From contig NC_068983.1 in NCBI RefSeq assembly GCF_001194135.2, forward strand, positions 121,281,290 through 121,345,289: DNA of 64,000 nucleotides, in the 5' to 3' direction. Made by a program: the position numbers and the translations under genes. Every line of letters starts with the position of its first letter. Position 1 is the first letter of the stretch. The DNA is from Octopus bimaculoides (taxonomy: Eukaryota). Under the pieces are notes generated by a model that was not told the origin of the DNA, ran no database searches, and was given only the letters and a program-made list of their open reading frames with translations. This document shows positions 29,791 to 41,760 of the stretch, piece after piece.

Positions 29791-31340
29791 TGCTAACATA
29801 ATTACAAACTTTAGTAATTTCGAGTACCTGAAAGTACCTTTTTTTTTTTTTATATTTTTCTCCAGACTCATAAGGCCAGTTATCCAGTTTCCATAGCATA
29901 TAAGTGACCAAGATCAGAACACAGGCTTGTTTCAAGGATCAAGGCCAGCAATACTGAGGAGAAGAAACAAGTCAATTACAATAATCTCAGTACTTGACAA
30001 GTAGTTTCTTTTACTGACCCTGAAGGGATAAAAAGCAAAGTTAACCTCTGCAAAATTTGAACTGAGAAAAAGGAATGATAGATCTGTCTTGGGTTTCGAC
30101 TATTTTGTCAACTGAACAACTGAACTACTCTGCATCATAAATTAACATGTAACTAGCTGAGTATTCCACAGACATATGTGATATTAACATAACTTTCACA
30201 CCAAATCAGTAAGAGAATAAATGACATGGCTGGAGCTCTGAATTACAGGTACAATCAACCCATTGAGTTTCCACATAGTTTCTGTCTACATAATTTCTCT
30301 CAAGTTAACCAAAGACCATGGTAAGATATCTCACTGTGGGACTGAACACATGAGGTTATGACTACCAAGTTTGCATCTAATAAGCTTACTCTGAATGTAC
30401 ATCTCCTCTTTTTAAGACTGTAGTGTGTAGTCTGAGGAACATGATCAAACTGTCGAATTTCCAGCTGCTTCAGATGCCAAGATGTCAAAAATTGTCAAAG
30501 TTAAGTACAAAAAACTATTTTTCTGTTTTCTGAAAAAGCAACGTTTTGGACTTACGACACTTTTGCATAATAGCAACGAATTGCTTTTCTACATAGTACT
30601 TTAAATTTTCTGTCTTATGGCTGCATATCATAACCTGAAAATGTTAACTCATAATTAACCTTTAATAAAACAGAATATATATTTTGGTGATTACTTGCTA
30701 TATGACTCTATTTGCTAGCCATCTCACTCACCCACCACAACTGACTTCTAGAAATCGGTAACAGTAACTCATGAGATGTGGTTTCCTCTTTTTCTTCAGC
30801 ACCAAAATAAATAAATAAATAAGCACTTGCTTTTACAAATTTCCAAACTCTTAAAAGTTATCTCCCTTGAAACACGAGCGCGCAAGGAATCTCTCGTGCA
30901 AGCAAGTACAAGTGTGTCCCCNNNNNNNNNNNNNNNNNNNNNNNNNNNNNNNNNNNNNNNNNNNNNNNNNNNNNNNNNNNNNNNNNNNNNNNNNNNNNNN
31001 NNNNNNNNNNNNNCACACACACACAGATTCTGAATTATTTCTGACAGAAGTTAACAACAGTGACTACAGGACTTCTGTTAAGAGATTTACATAGAAAGTA
31101 TAAAACTAAATTATATTCTTTAGATTGGTGGTTAACAGTTCTGGGTTCAAAAGCTATCTCAGATGATTTTGTGTTACCATCCTCCTAAAGAATTGACAGA
31201 ATGTGTAACATTTAAATGCTTACATCAAAATAGGATTTAATATGTTTATCATCATCATCATCATCATTACAATTATCATCATTGTTATTATTAATATGGC
31301 CACAAGCTGGCAGCATCATTAGCATACCAAGCAAAATGCT

Positions 31341-31452
31341 TTGTCCTTACACTCCGTCCTTACACTCCGTCCTTACACTCCGTCCTTACACTNNNNNNNN
31401 NNTCCTTACACTCCGTCCTTACACTCCGTCCTTACACTCCGTCCTTACACTC
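31341..31452. repeat. 13-bp minisatellite (GTCCTTACACTCC)n inside a family-D SINE, spanning a gap
   Basis: At least 4 units before and 4 after a 10-N gap. Confidence 0.9.
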
Positions 31453-31633
31453 TGAGTTCAAATTCTGTCGAGGCCAACTTTGCCTTTCATCCTTTCAGGG
31501 TTGATAAATTAAGTACCAGTTGCGTACTGAGGTCAATGTAATCGACTGGACCTCTCCCCCAAAATTTTGGGCCTTGTGCCAAGAGTAGAAAAGATTATTT
31601 AAATACAAAAATCAATTGAAACTGAAGAATTAC

Positions 31634-31691
31634 CTTCATGTTTCCAAGTCGTCTTGTCCTGTCATGAACTAGGAGCTTTTTTATTAGATCT
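31634..31691 (-). CDS. PRKX: PRKX-like kinase exon (alphaH), 58 nt
   Basis: DLIKKLLVHDRTRRLGNMK. Acceptor tctacag, donor gtaatt. DRTRRLGNMK is the PRKX-type motif (PKA-Calpha has DLTKRFGNLK). Confidence 0.95.
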
Positions 31692-32358
31692 CTGTAGATA
31701 GAACATTTTTCAATCAGTTTATTGATAAAGGAGATTAAGCAAATATTTATTTTACTAACAGAACAATAGGGTAGCAAATAATGCAGGAAAGTGAGAGTAA
31801 ACATAATAAAGCTTTAACAAAGAACAGGAAAATAGATGCATCGTTAAAATATTTATGATAGTCTTAGTTTTTTTGTATTATTTTGTTTTTCATCCTCTAG
31901 CAAAACATCAACCTTACTAGACAAAGATGGCCTAAAAATGTTGCAAGACTATACTTTCTCTTTTAAATAATTATTTTTAAATATCAAACATCCAAAAGAT
32001 ATTTGTGAAGCTATGGGGCTCCCCTATTTCTTTTGACATACAAGGTAGTTGTAACAGTTATTAATGTGGGAGAATGTGGTACAGAAAAGAAACAATACTG
32101 GGAGAAAGTAGAACAGAATTGAAAACAGTAGTGAGAGAATGTGCTACTGAAAAGGGGGTAGTTACTGAGAAATGGGGTCTTGAAAAGAAACAGCTATAGG
32201 ATAATGTTGTACCGAAAGGAAAATGAGGCATTAAAATGAGATAGAAGTAGGATGGTGTAGTAATGGAAAGGGTTAGCTGTGAAAGAATGAAATATAGAAA
32301 GAGGACTGTAAAATAACAGCTAGTACTGAAAGGAGTTAGTAATAGAGGATGTGGTACT

Positions 32359-32808
32359 GTTGTTGTTGTTGGCACTCCGTCGCTTATGACGTCGAGGGTT
32401 CCAGTTGATCCGATCAACGGAACAGCCTGCTCGTGAAGTTAGCGTGCAAGTGGCNNNNNNNNNNCCAGTTGATCCGATCAACGGAACAGCCTGCTCGTGA
32501 AGTTAGCGTGCAAGTGGCTGAGCACTCCACAGACACGTGTACCCTTAATGTAGTTCTCGGGGAAATTCAGCGTGACGCAGAGTGTGACAAGGCTGGCCCT
32601 TTGAAATACATGTACAACAGGAAGAGGAAGAGAGAGAAAGTTGTGGTGAAAGAGTACAGCAGGGTTCGCCACCATCCCCTGTTGGAGCCTCATGGAACTT
32701 TAGGTGTTTTCGCTCAATAAACACTCACAACACCCAGTGTGGGAAACGAAACCACGATCCTACGACTGCGAGTCCACTGCCCTAACCACTGGGCCATTGC
32801 GCCTCTAC
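32359..32808 (-). mobile_element. SINE family A (contains a 10-N gap with an overlap duplication)
   Basis: Same consensus as 29327-29710; perfect 12-bp TSD ggatgtggtact at 32347-32358 and 32809-32820. Confidence 0.92.
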
Positions 32809-33679
32809 GGATGTGGTACTAAACAGGAAACAAATGACAATATATGGAGTTTTTATGGCTTAGTCAAATGAGGAAGAGCAGCACTTATGTCCTTTTTGCA
32901 AGGTCTGTGAGACCAGTGGGAGAAAGTTGAGAAAGACCCAGAGACATGCACTGAATGCTTACACAAGAATGGAATTCCCTAAAGGTACCTAAGAGCCAAA
33001 TGGTGTTGCTAACTGGGTGACCAGTTAAGTCTATTACTTAAGAGTCTATCATCTACAATTTTCGTTTACTCAGTTTCACTCACAAGGTTTAATTCAAACC
33101 AAAGTTAGAGTAGAAGTTACTTGCTCAAGATGTAATGTGTTGGAATATATGTGACTGATTGTGAAGGGAATTTCTTAATTACATAAGCCATGCCTCTGAA
33201 AGGAGAGAGAAGTGAAAGCTCAAAGAAATATAACTATAAAATTAAAAAGAAACAGAGTGTATCAATATAGAATAGAGCACAAGAGGGAAAGAATGGCTAC
33301 TTTATGGGAGATGATTTGAGAGAAAAACCACACATCAGGGTTCCTAAAAATAGCTCAAGAAGTTATCAGAAAGGACTGAGAAAATTATACATAAAATAAT
33401 GTAAAAAAAAAAGAAGGCAGATGATCTCACACTCTTACAAAAATAGGCCATATATAAAAAAAAACAACATAACCTTGATATAAAAATAATACCCAAAATG
33501 ATAGAACGTGGTAAATGAAATGGATAAGAATAGAGAGCAATGAAGTACTCTGAATAAATAAAGAAGTGGCATATACAAATTGTAGTGGAGGAATAAATAA
33601 CTATAAAAATACAAGATATGACTTTATTATGACAATTCTTCCTTTACCCACAAAATCAGTTGGAATTCTTCATACTTAC

Positions 33680-33775
33680 TTTGCAACAGGGTCCATGCTT
33701 TTTGGCCATGTTATTTTTCCAATAAGAATTTTTTCATAAATATCAAATGGGTTGTCATCAAAAAATGGAGGACAT
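33680..33775 (-). CDS. PRKX: PRKX-like kinase exon (alphaG), 96 nt
   Basis: CPPFFDDNPFDIYEKILIGKITWPKSMDPVAK. Acceptor ttttttctacag, donor gtaagt. Confidence 0.95.
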
Positions 33776-34066
33776 CTGTAGAAAAAGAAAATATAGGAGG
33801 ATAGAACCCATGTTTCATATGAGATATTTCTCTTTTCCAAGACTTCAATCAATCCTCCTTTATTTCTTCGAAGGAAGGAACACACACTTCAAGTAGTTAC
33901 CCATGACCCTCTGACAATCCAGCATAACCAAGGGAGAGAATGGGGGAATTGATCCCTGTACTTGATTGATAAACTATTCATCAAGCTCAAAATGACAAAA
34001 CTAACTTCATCAAGATTTGAATTAGGATGAGCAGAACCAGAACAATTAATAAAAGATATTCATCCA

Positions 34067-34231
34067 GGTGCAGGAGTGGCTGTGTGGTAAGTAGGTTGCT
34101 TACCAACCACATGGTTCCGGGTTCAGTCCCACTGCGTGGCATCTTGGGCAAGTGTCTTCTACTATAGCCTCGGGCCGACCAAAGCCTTGTGAGTGGATTT
34201 GGTAGACGGAAACTGAAAGAAGCCCATCGTA

Positions 34232-34275
<44 letters not shown>

Positions 34276-34486
34276 TGTGTGTCTGTGTTTGTCCCCCCAC
34301 CATTGCTTGACAACCGATGCTGGTGTGTTTACGTCCCCGTAACTTAGCAGTTTGAATAAGTACTAGATAGAATAAGTACTAGGCTTACAAAGAATAAGTC
34401 CTGGGGTCGATTTGATTCGACTAAAGGCGGTGCTCCAGCATGGCCGCAGTCAAATGACTGAAACAAGTAAAAGAGTAAAAAGAGTA
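34067..34486 (+). mobile_element. tRNA-headed SINE, family B, with an internal (TA)n microsatellite
   Basis: GCAGGAGTGGCTGTGTGGTAAG...GGTTCAGTCCC head, internal (TA)n, and tail GACTGAAACAAGTAAAAGAGTA. Confidence 0.92.
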
Positions 34487-35271
34487 ATGCTAACAATTTT
34501 GTTGACTGACCATCTTAAATTATAATAACGGTTTAAGTTAAACTACAGAAAAGAGATCAAGAGTTGAGAGACAACGCAAGAGAGTAAATGAGGCAAGATC
34601 TAAATGTCATCAGTGAGAAAAGGTTGTTGTTTAGCCTTTGGTCATACACATGATCAAAGGTGTTCCAAGCTATGACCATTTTAGTCTTTATTCACACAAG
34701 TGTAGACAAGATTACACCATCAAATACGTCTTTCCTCTTTAAAAAAAAAAAAAAAACAATTTCAATGATTATTTGGTTGCAATTTCTAGCAGATTGAATG
34801 ACAAAATATAAGCTCACTGAGAAGGACTGGTTGAGTCGTCATCGTTGTTGTCAGCAGCAGCGGCTTCATCATTTAACATCTGCCTTCCATGCTGGCAAGG
34901 CTTTTTTTCTGAATAATATCACTAGTGCTTGTGATTAGTTAATTTCAGAGAATCAACACTCGGACAGTTATCAGAACTGGTAATCTGGTGATGATCTATC
35001 ATTTGCAAGTCAGATTATAAATAAAAGATGAAGTGGACTACGTTGTTCACTATGAGATAAACAGAGACTAACATTTTGAGTAGAGCTTGTGAAGAATCTC
35101 TCTCTCTATCTCTCTCGCATGTGATCGTAAATTTATCCTATGACAATTATCAAATCACCAGTATATGACATCAGTTTAAAGTGTGTATATGTGCCTGCAT
35201 GCATGTATATGTGTGATAGTAGTGGTACTAGATTTAAATACACACACACACACAGATACATATATATATAA

Positions 35272-35568
35272 CATTCAGCCATCCTCATGGGAACAGATTG
35301 CTATGGATAGGACAGCCTGGAGGACTGCTATCCAGAATGGAGCCAGCTCCTTTGAGCAGAACAGACAACAGGATGAGGAGGCAAAACGCAGGAGAAGAAA
35401 GGAGCGTCTTCAACATCCTCGACCATCCCGTGTGAGTTCTGCCCATGACTCTTTCACCACCGACTAGGACTCCAAAGTCACTTTCAGCACAAGCATCAGC
35501 CGAGGAGACTGGATGGAAACTGACGAACCCAATGCTCAGATACAAGCTGGAGCCGACTACTACTGCTA
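35272..35568 (+). mobile_element. RTE-clade LINE 3' terminus
   Basis: WEQIAMDRTAWRTAIQNGASSFEQNR...KRRRRKER, then a frameshifted C2H2-like CEFCP*LFHHRLGLQSHFQHKH at 35431 and an (ACT)n tail. Confidence 0.82.
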
Positions 35569-35829
35569 TATATATGAGGAGGTACCCAAAAGAAACCAGA
35601 ATTTTGCAATATCATTTTACAGAACCTCCTGGAAAATAACGATAGCGAGAGACATTCCACAGTTGAATTAGAACAGTCACAAACAGTGAAAGAAGACATG
35701 CACCCAACACCAAAGCTGTAGAGGAGTAGGGGCCGAAACTGGACGTGGTTCCTCCTGATGATGTCTTGAGCTAACTGGATCCTATAAAGGAGTTGTTGTG
35801 GTAGCAGACCATGAAACATGGTTGAAATT

Positions 35830-36600
35830 CCCCCACTTTCATCGCCTTCAAAGTATTTTTCATTTGAAGCAATGCATCAGCCCAGATGTGTTTTCCACTG
35901 ATCAAAGCAGTGTTGGAACTCTTGTGGAGTGATGCCTTTTAACACAGCAATAGTTTTTTTCTTCACCTCTTCCACATCTGCAAATTCCATAGCACCAGCT
36001 TTCATCACCTTTGATGACCTTCAGAAAAAGGTCCAGATCAACTTACAACTATTCTTTCAGTTCACAACATGTTTTCACTCGTGACTGCTTTTGATCTTCT
36101 GTGAGTAAGCGCAGAACAACTTTTGTTGCAACTCTTTTCATTTGCAATTCCTTGCTCAAAATTCATTGGCAGGAGATCCACAACACACCAGTCATATGAA
36201 CAAGTTCGTCAATTGATTGGCAATGGTCTTCTAAGATCAGTTCAGTAGTTTTCATGATGTTGACATTCGTTCAGGAGGTTGATAGATGTCCTGAACAAGT
36301 GGCCATTCCTAAAGCATGAAAACCACCCATAAATTTGTGTTTTGCTCAAAGCAGTGCCCTTGTAAGTTGACAGAAGCATGACAATTGTTTTGGCTGTTGT
36401 TTCCTTTGTTTCAGCCATCACAAAAATCAATGAACAGGGGAGAAGCACTGCAAAGCAGACACACCACATGGCATTAGGACTACACTCAATGACAGTAGTC
36501 AGCATAGTGATGTCTGAGGGTTGCATCAAGTGGCTTCTGGTGGTGGAAGCCTGAACTACAATGGGCTTGTCCCATAGAGAACGTTTCTGGTTACTTTTGG
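35830..36600 (-). mobile_element. Decayed mariner remnant
   Basis: HTH-like TYKGTALSKTQIYGWFSCFRNG, followed by ...LLTEDQKQSR...VIKGDESWCYG with stops. Confidence 0.8.
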
Positions 36601-37092
36601 AAAATGTTCTCCTATTGCATCACTCATGTGCTCAAGCTCACAGAATTCAAACACAGTATTATCAACTAAGAAAACAGTATTTGCTAGTTCATACACCTAA
36701 CAAATATTTTACATATTTTTACACCTAACAAAAATAGAATGACTTGTAGCTGCTTACACCTATGAGTCATTCCATCTCATGATATCTTCTTTTTATAACA
36801 AGCAGGATTCAGTACAGTAGTTTCATGAACAGCATAAAACACCAGTCAGTTTCACATAACTTCCACTGTTTATGCCTGCCTAAAATTCAATCTGCTCTGT
36901 AGTACCTACTTTCAGCTAAGTGAACTAAGCCATTGGGTGTTAAGTAACTTAGTCAAAGACATGTAGTGATACAGTGGCAAGATAAGAATTATCAACCTTT
37001 TCCTCGGTTGGTAATGACTAAATTGTCTACAGACCCCAATTCTATAATATACATCATGAGGATTGACACAAATACAGAACCAGATGGACTTA

Positions 37093-37338
<246 letters not shown>

Positions 37339-40300
37339 TCAAACCTGACGCTGGAAAATTTCCCTAGAGTGTTAAGAGCAGGTAGTCATACTTAAGGTAT
37401 GGAACCAAAAATAACTATTAATAATTTGAATTTATAACCATAATGAGAAGAAAATTCACTGTTGACAATGGAAACTACTCTTAACAGGAGCATGGAGAAC
37501 TCCCATAATTTCAGTTGACTAAATATTAGATGGCAATATGCAGGGATAAGGAATAAGTCTGATTTTTGGTAGCTTTGATGACAATACCATACGTGTTTCA
37601 ATATTATTGGATCTCCTCAGCAAAACACAGTCAACAAAAGATATTTGAGCACCAAATTATTTCAAAAGCATATAGTTTTACAAAGAAGATGAGCTGCTGG
37701 TTAAGCAATTTAAAATGATAACATTGGAAAATTTCCCAATTGTTTCTTCTGCCAGAAAACCATATAGTTAAGTAAAGGTTACTAAATGAGGTCAGCAGAA
37801 AATATATTTTAATCATTTGAAATCTATTTTTATTGTAAAACATGAAGTAAATTGTAGAAATAAACTGGATAATGGAGATCACTGAAGAGTATTCAAACTT
37901 CAGAATAGAGACAGCCAACTAGCAAAAACTAATTAAAACAAGTTGACAACAGGCAAACAAATTATTAAGCAGAATCAGAGGAACATTGCACAAAATGCTT
38001 TGCATTATTTGATATATCTTTTTACATTCTAAATTCACATCTCACTGAGATAAACTTTGCTTTCCATCCTTGCAGAGTTGATAAAAATATAGTATTATTC
38101 AACTGTTCTCTTCCAACGAATTTCTGATCTTTTGCCTTCATAAGAAATTATTATTCTTACAAAAGTGCTGCAATTAGAATTGTTAATGTTTGCGAGCTTA
38201 TAGTTAACATAATTATAATGTATTGAACTGTAATATCCAAAGACAAGCAGAAGCCATATGGGGTTACTAGAATTTGTTAATACATGTGTACATGCAGGTA
38301 TAGTGTAAATGCAAACCAGTTAAAGTCAGTAAGTGCGCGTCTAGAGGCATGTAGTTTATATGACGCCACACAGGAAAAGAAAAAAATGAGAAACAAAGTA
38401 ATGAGGAAAGGAGGTACATGATTTCACATGAAGACAAAGAAATTGGTCCGTGTGATAACAATAGGTAAACAAAGAAAAGAATCAACACAGAAATTTAAAA
38501 TATAATAGGAAAAACAAAAATAAAAAACTGTTGAGAAACTTATGAAATAATGAAAGAGTCTTCAATTGTTATGGATTTTTTTTTTGTTAGAATAACTTGG
38601 TGGGTGGCAAACAAGTAAATATTACCTGAATAACATATAGTGTAATTTAGTATAACTGAGGATTTGTCACACACTGTAACACAAGCATGAATATTTATTG
38701 AAACACCCATCAGATAGTAATATCTCAAAAATTAGGGGTTTTGCTTCAAAAGATAGTGAAGGGGCTATGACTATAATCTTGGCAAGCTCTCCCAAAATGG
38801 TAAAAGCTATGCACCTAATGCCCAAACTTAACATCTTCAGGCAAATATCCATAAGAAAAATGTGGGTAGTAAGAGAATTATGGAGCATTCAGCCCAAATA
38901 TTTGCAACCAAGTAACAGTGTTCAGATGCAAACCTACCAACCAAATTAAAAGCATTCAAGAACCAGGTACCAGTGTTGTTCAGCCCATAGTGTATCTCAA
39001 CCGAGCAGAATCAACATCAACAGTATTCCAGCTATAACCATCCAGTACTTCTGTCCAATGCATCCTTCCTTCTTTTGAGATAGTATATTTCATGGAATTT
39101 TGCTGCTATTTTTAGTAGGTTGACTTATTGTTCTCTCATTAACTTGAGGTTCTGATATTGAACAGAATAGAGGTTAAATCTTAAGAGAAAAATGCATATC
39201 TACAGTCTCAGACATGGAATTTCTTATCAGTTTCTGGATATTCTGAAGACAAGTTTTGTCTGCCAAGATTCAGAGCAAACCAGGATTAAACATTTTATTC
39301 ATGTAGCATTCTCATTTCAAATTCAATGTTTAACAGCCTTTTATGACTGAAATCTCTAACAAAATAAAATAAACTTCAACCATTTTTTTTTTAATCAGTA
39401 CTTCTGAGAAATAGATACAGAATATGTGAAATTAGACAGTAAAGCAAAAATGCTTTAAAACACGTTTGCAAAACCTTTCACCTATCTAGAGCAAGCCAAT
39501 TCTGATACAAACAACCACTGTCTACAAGTGTACATCTGTAAGTAGATACATAAAGAAATACATAAATATACATACACAGGCAATCACACACATTAATTTT
39601 CCTATATACTTATACATACACGTTTGTGTGTGTGTATAAATACACATATATACACACATACACATATATATAAATACAAATATATATTTATATATATTCA
39701 TCGGACGAGAACTGGTGCTTTCAACATGATGTTCACCAGTCCTCTGTCAAACCGTCCAACCCATGCCAGCATGGAAAGCAGACGCTAAACGATGATGATG
39801 ATGATTCATATATCATCATCATCATCATCGTTTAACGTCCGCTTTCCATGCTAGCATGGGTTGGACGATTTGACTGAGGATTGGTGAACCAGATGGCTAC
39901 ACCAGTCTCCAATCTGATCTGGCAGAGTTTCTACAGCTGGATGCCCTATATATATAAGCATATATAAATTTACACACACATATTTGTAGTCACTCTGGTC
40001 ACTCTCTGAAGTAGCAGTTATTTGTTTAATATAGGCATAAAGGACATCAGTAGACAAAAACCACACAAAGTAAGGAGGAAATAAATAATAATATATGAAG
40101 TCAGATAAGTAAAAAAAGAGTGGTGGAAAGGTGTAGAAATATGAAAACAAGACAAGATCAAAAGAATATATACAATGAAAATGAATACACCGATGAAAGG
40201 AATACAAGAGGATCTAATGTTTCAAGCTATACTTTTTACTAAAGAGGAAGAAAAGACAAGTAAAAGAAAAAGTAATAGAAACAGTACTGACTTTATGATG

Positions 40301-40390
40301 ACGCATATATTATATTATCATAGGATCATATATCCAAAAAAGAAGCATACTCTAGAAGTTAGAGCAGTAATGTACTTACATGAAGTTAAA

Positions 40391-40710
40391 TATATGTCCG
40401 GTCATAGAGTGACTAATGGTTTTGCATCCATAATGCACTTAGCTTTACAGATGACTCGTCAGACTCCAATTGTTGCCGGGCATATAAACACTCTTCCACC
40501 GGACCGGTCTAAGGGAGATAACTTGTCCCGTTTAAGGCTCAGACTGTGTTTATTATTCTTTTATTTATAAATTAACTGACCATAACAGTTTTCTACCTCT
40601 AGTGAGAAAAAAGGTTATATGCCCGTGACCATTGGTGTCTGATGAGTTGTGTCTAAAGCTAAGTGCTTTATGGATGTGAAACCATTGGTCACTCTATAAC
40701 CAGACATATA
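40391..40710. mobile_element. MITE with 32-bp TIRs and TA ends
   Basis: tatatgtccggtcatagagtgactaatggttt (40391-40422) versus the reverse complement of 40679-40710: 29 of 32 identical. Confidence 0.8.
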
Positions 40711-41760
40711 ATGGGTTGGCAAGGAAGTAATTTCGGTTTTTTAGTGTGAAAGAAGTCATTTGATTTTCCTACAAAGAATCAACTTTAATCAATTATATAT
40801 TTTCCATTTTGTTCAATGACCTTTTGCTATCTTTTTGGCAACTTCATGATTCCGTGCTCAGAACTTTTGGTCCTTATCAGCCAAAAACTGAAGAAAGTGC
40901 GATTTCAGGTCATCATCATTATTGAAAGTTTTACCATTCAAAGAATTTTGCAAACTTCGAAATAAATGGTAAACTGATGGTGCGAGGTCAGGGCTATATG
41001 ATGGATGTGACATCACTGCCCAACCAAGCTCCAGTAATTTTTCACGAGTTAGCAAAGACGTGTGTGGTCTAGCGTTGTCATGGTGGAACACAATTCCTTT
41101 CTGATTTGCCAATTCTGGCTGTTTTTCTTTGATTGCTTGACAGTAAACATCTGATTTGATCGTTTGGTTCCTTGGAAGCAGCTCAAAAAAACACAACACC
41201 TTTGTAATCCCACCAAATTGACAGCATAATTTTTTTTTTTTTTAATGCAATTCAGCTTTTAATGTGGTTTGTGCTGGTTCATTATGCTTGGACCATGATT
41301 GTTTGCGATTGACGTTATTGTAGACAATCCATTTTTTATCACAAGTGATGATTTGTTTCAAAAGAAGGTTGATTTCCTTGCGTCGGAGATGCATATTGCA
41401 AATATTAATTCGTTGTGTTAAGTGAACCTCTTTCAATTCATGTGGAACCCAAATATCAAGCTTCTTAACGAGTCCAAGACATTTTAAGTGATTTTCAATT
41501 GTTGTGTGTGATACATTTAACCTCTTTGCAATCTCTCGCACAGTTTTATGACAATCAGATTCAATTATGGCTTTGGTTCGGTCATCATCAACTTCAGTAG
41601 GTCGACCAGAATGTTGGTCATCTTTGAGTGAAAAATCTCCAGAACAGTATTTTTAAAACCATTTCTGAAATGTGCTTCCTGTTAAGCAATCAACACCATA
41701 AATTTCACATATCTCTTTGTGAGCCTCAGCAGCTTTCTTGCCTTTAGCATTATGGCACAT
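40709..41760 (-). mobile_element. Mariner DNA transposon, 5'-truncated, transposase pseudogene
   Basis: WVPHEL, IITCDKKW, HHDNARPH and HPSYSPDLAPSVY motifs with stops and frameshifts; TIR-like TGGGTTGGCAAGGAAGTAATT at ~40712. Confidence 0.93.

Noticed and set aside
31341-31452. Short repeats as a CRISPR array
   Set aside because: Head-to-tail units with no spacers, in a eukaryotic intron.
38698-40570. ORFs 38698-38949, 39851-40207 and 40175-40570
   Set aside because: No recognisable motifs; they overlap MITE, SINE or AT-rich intron sequence.
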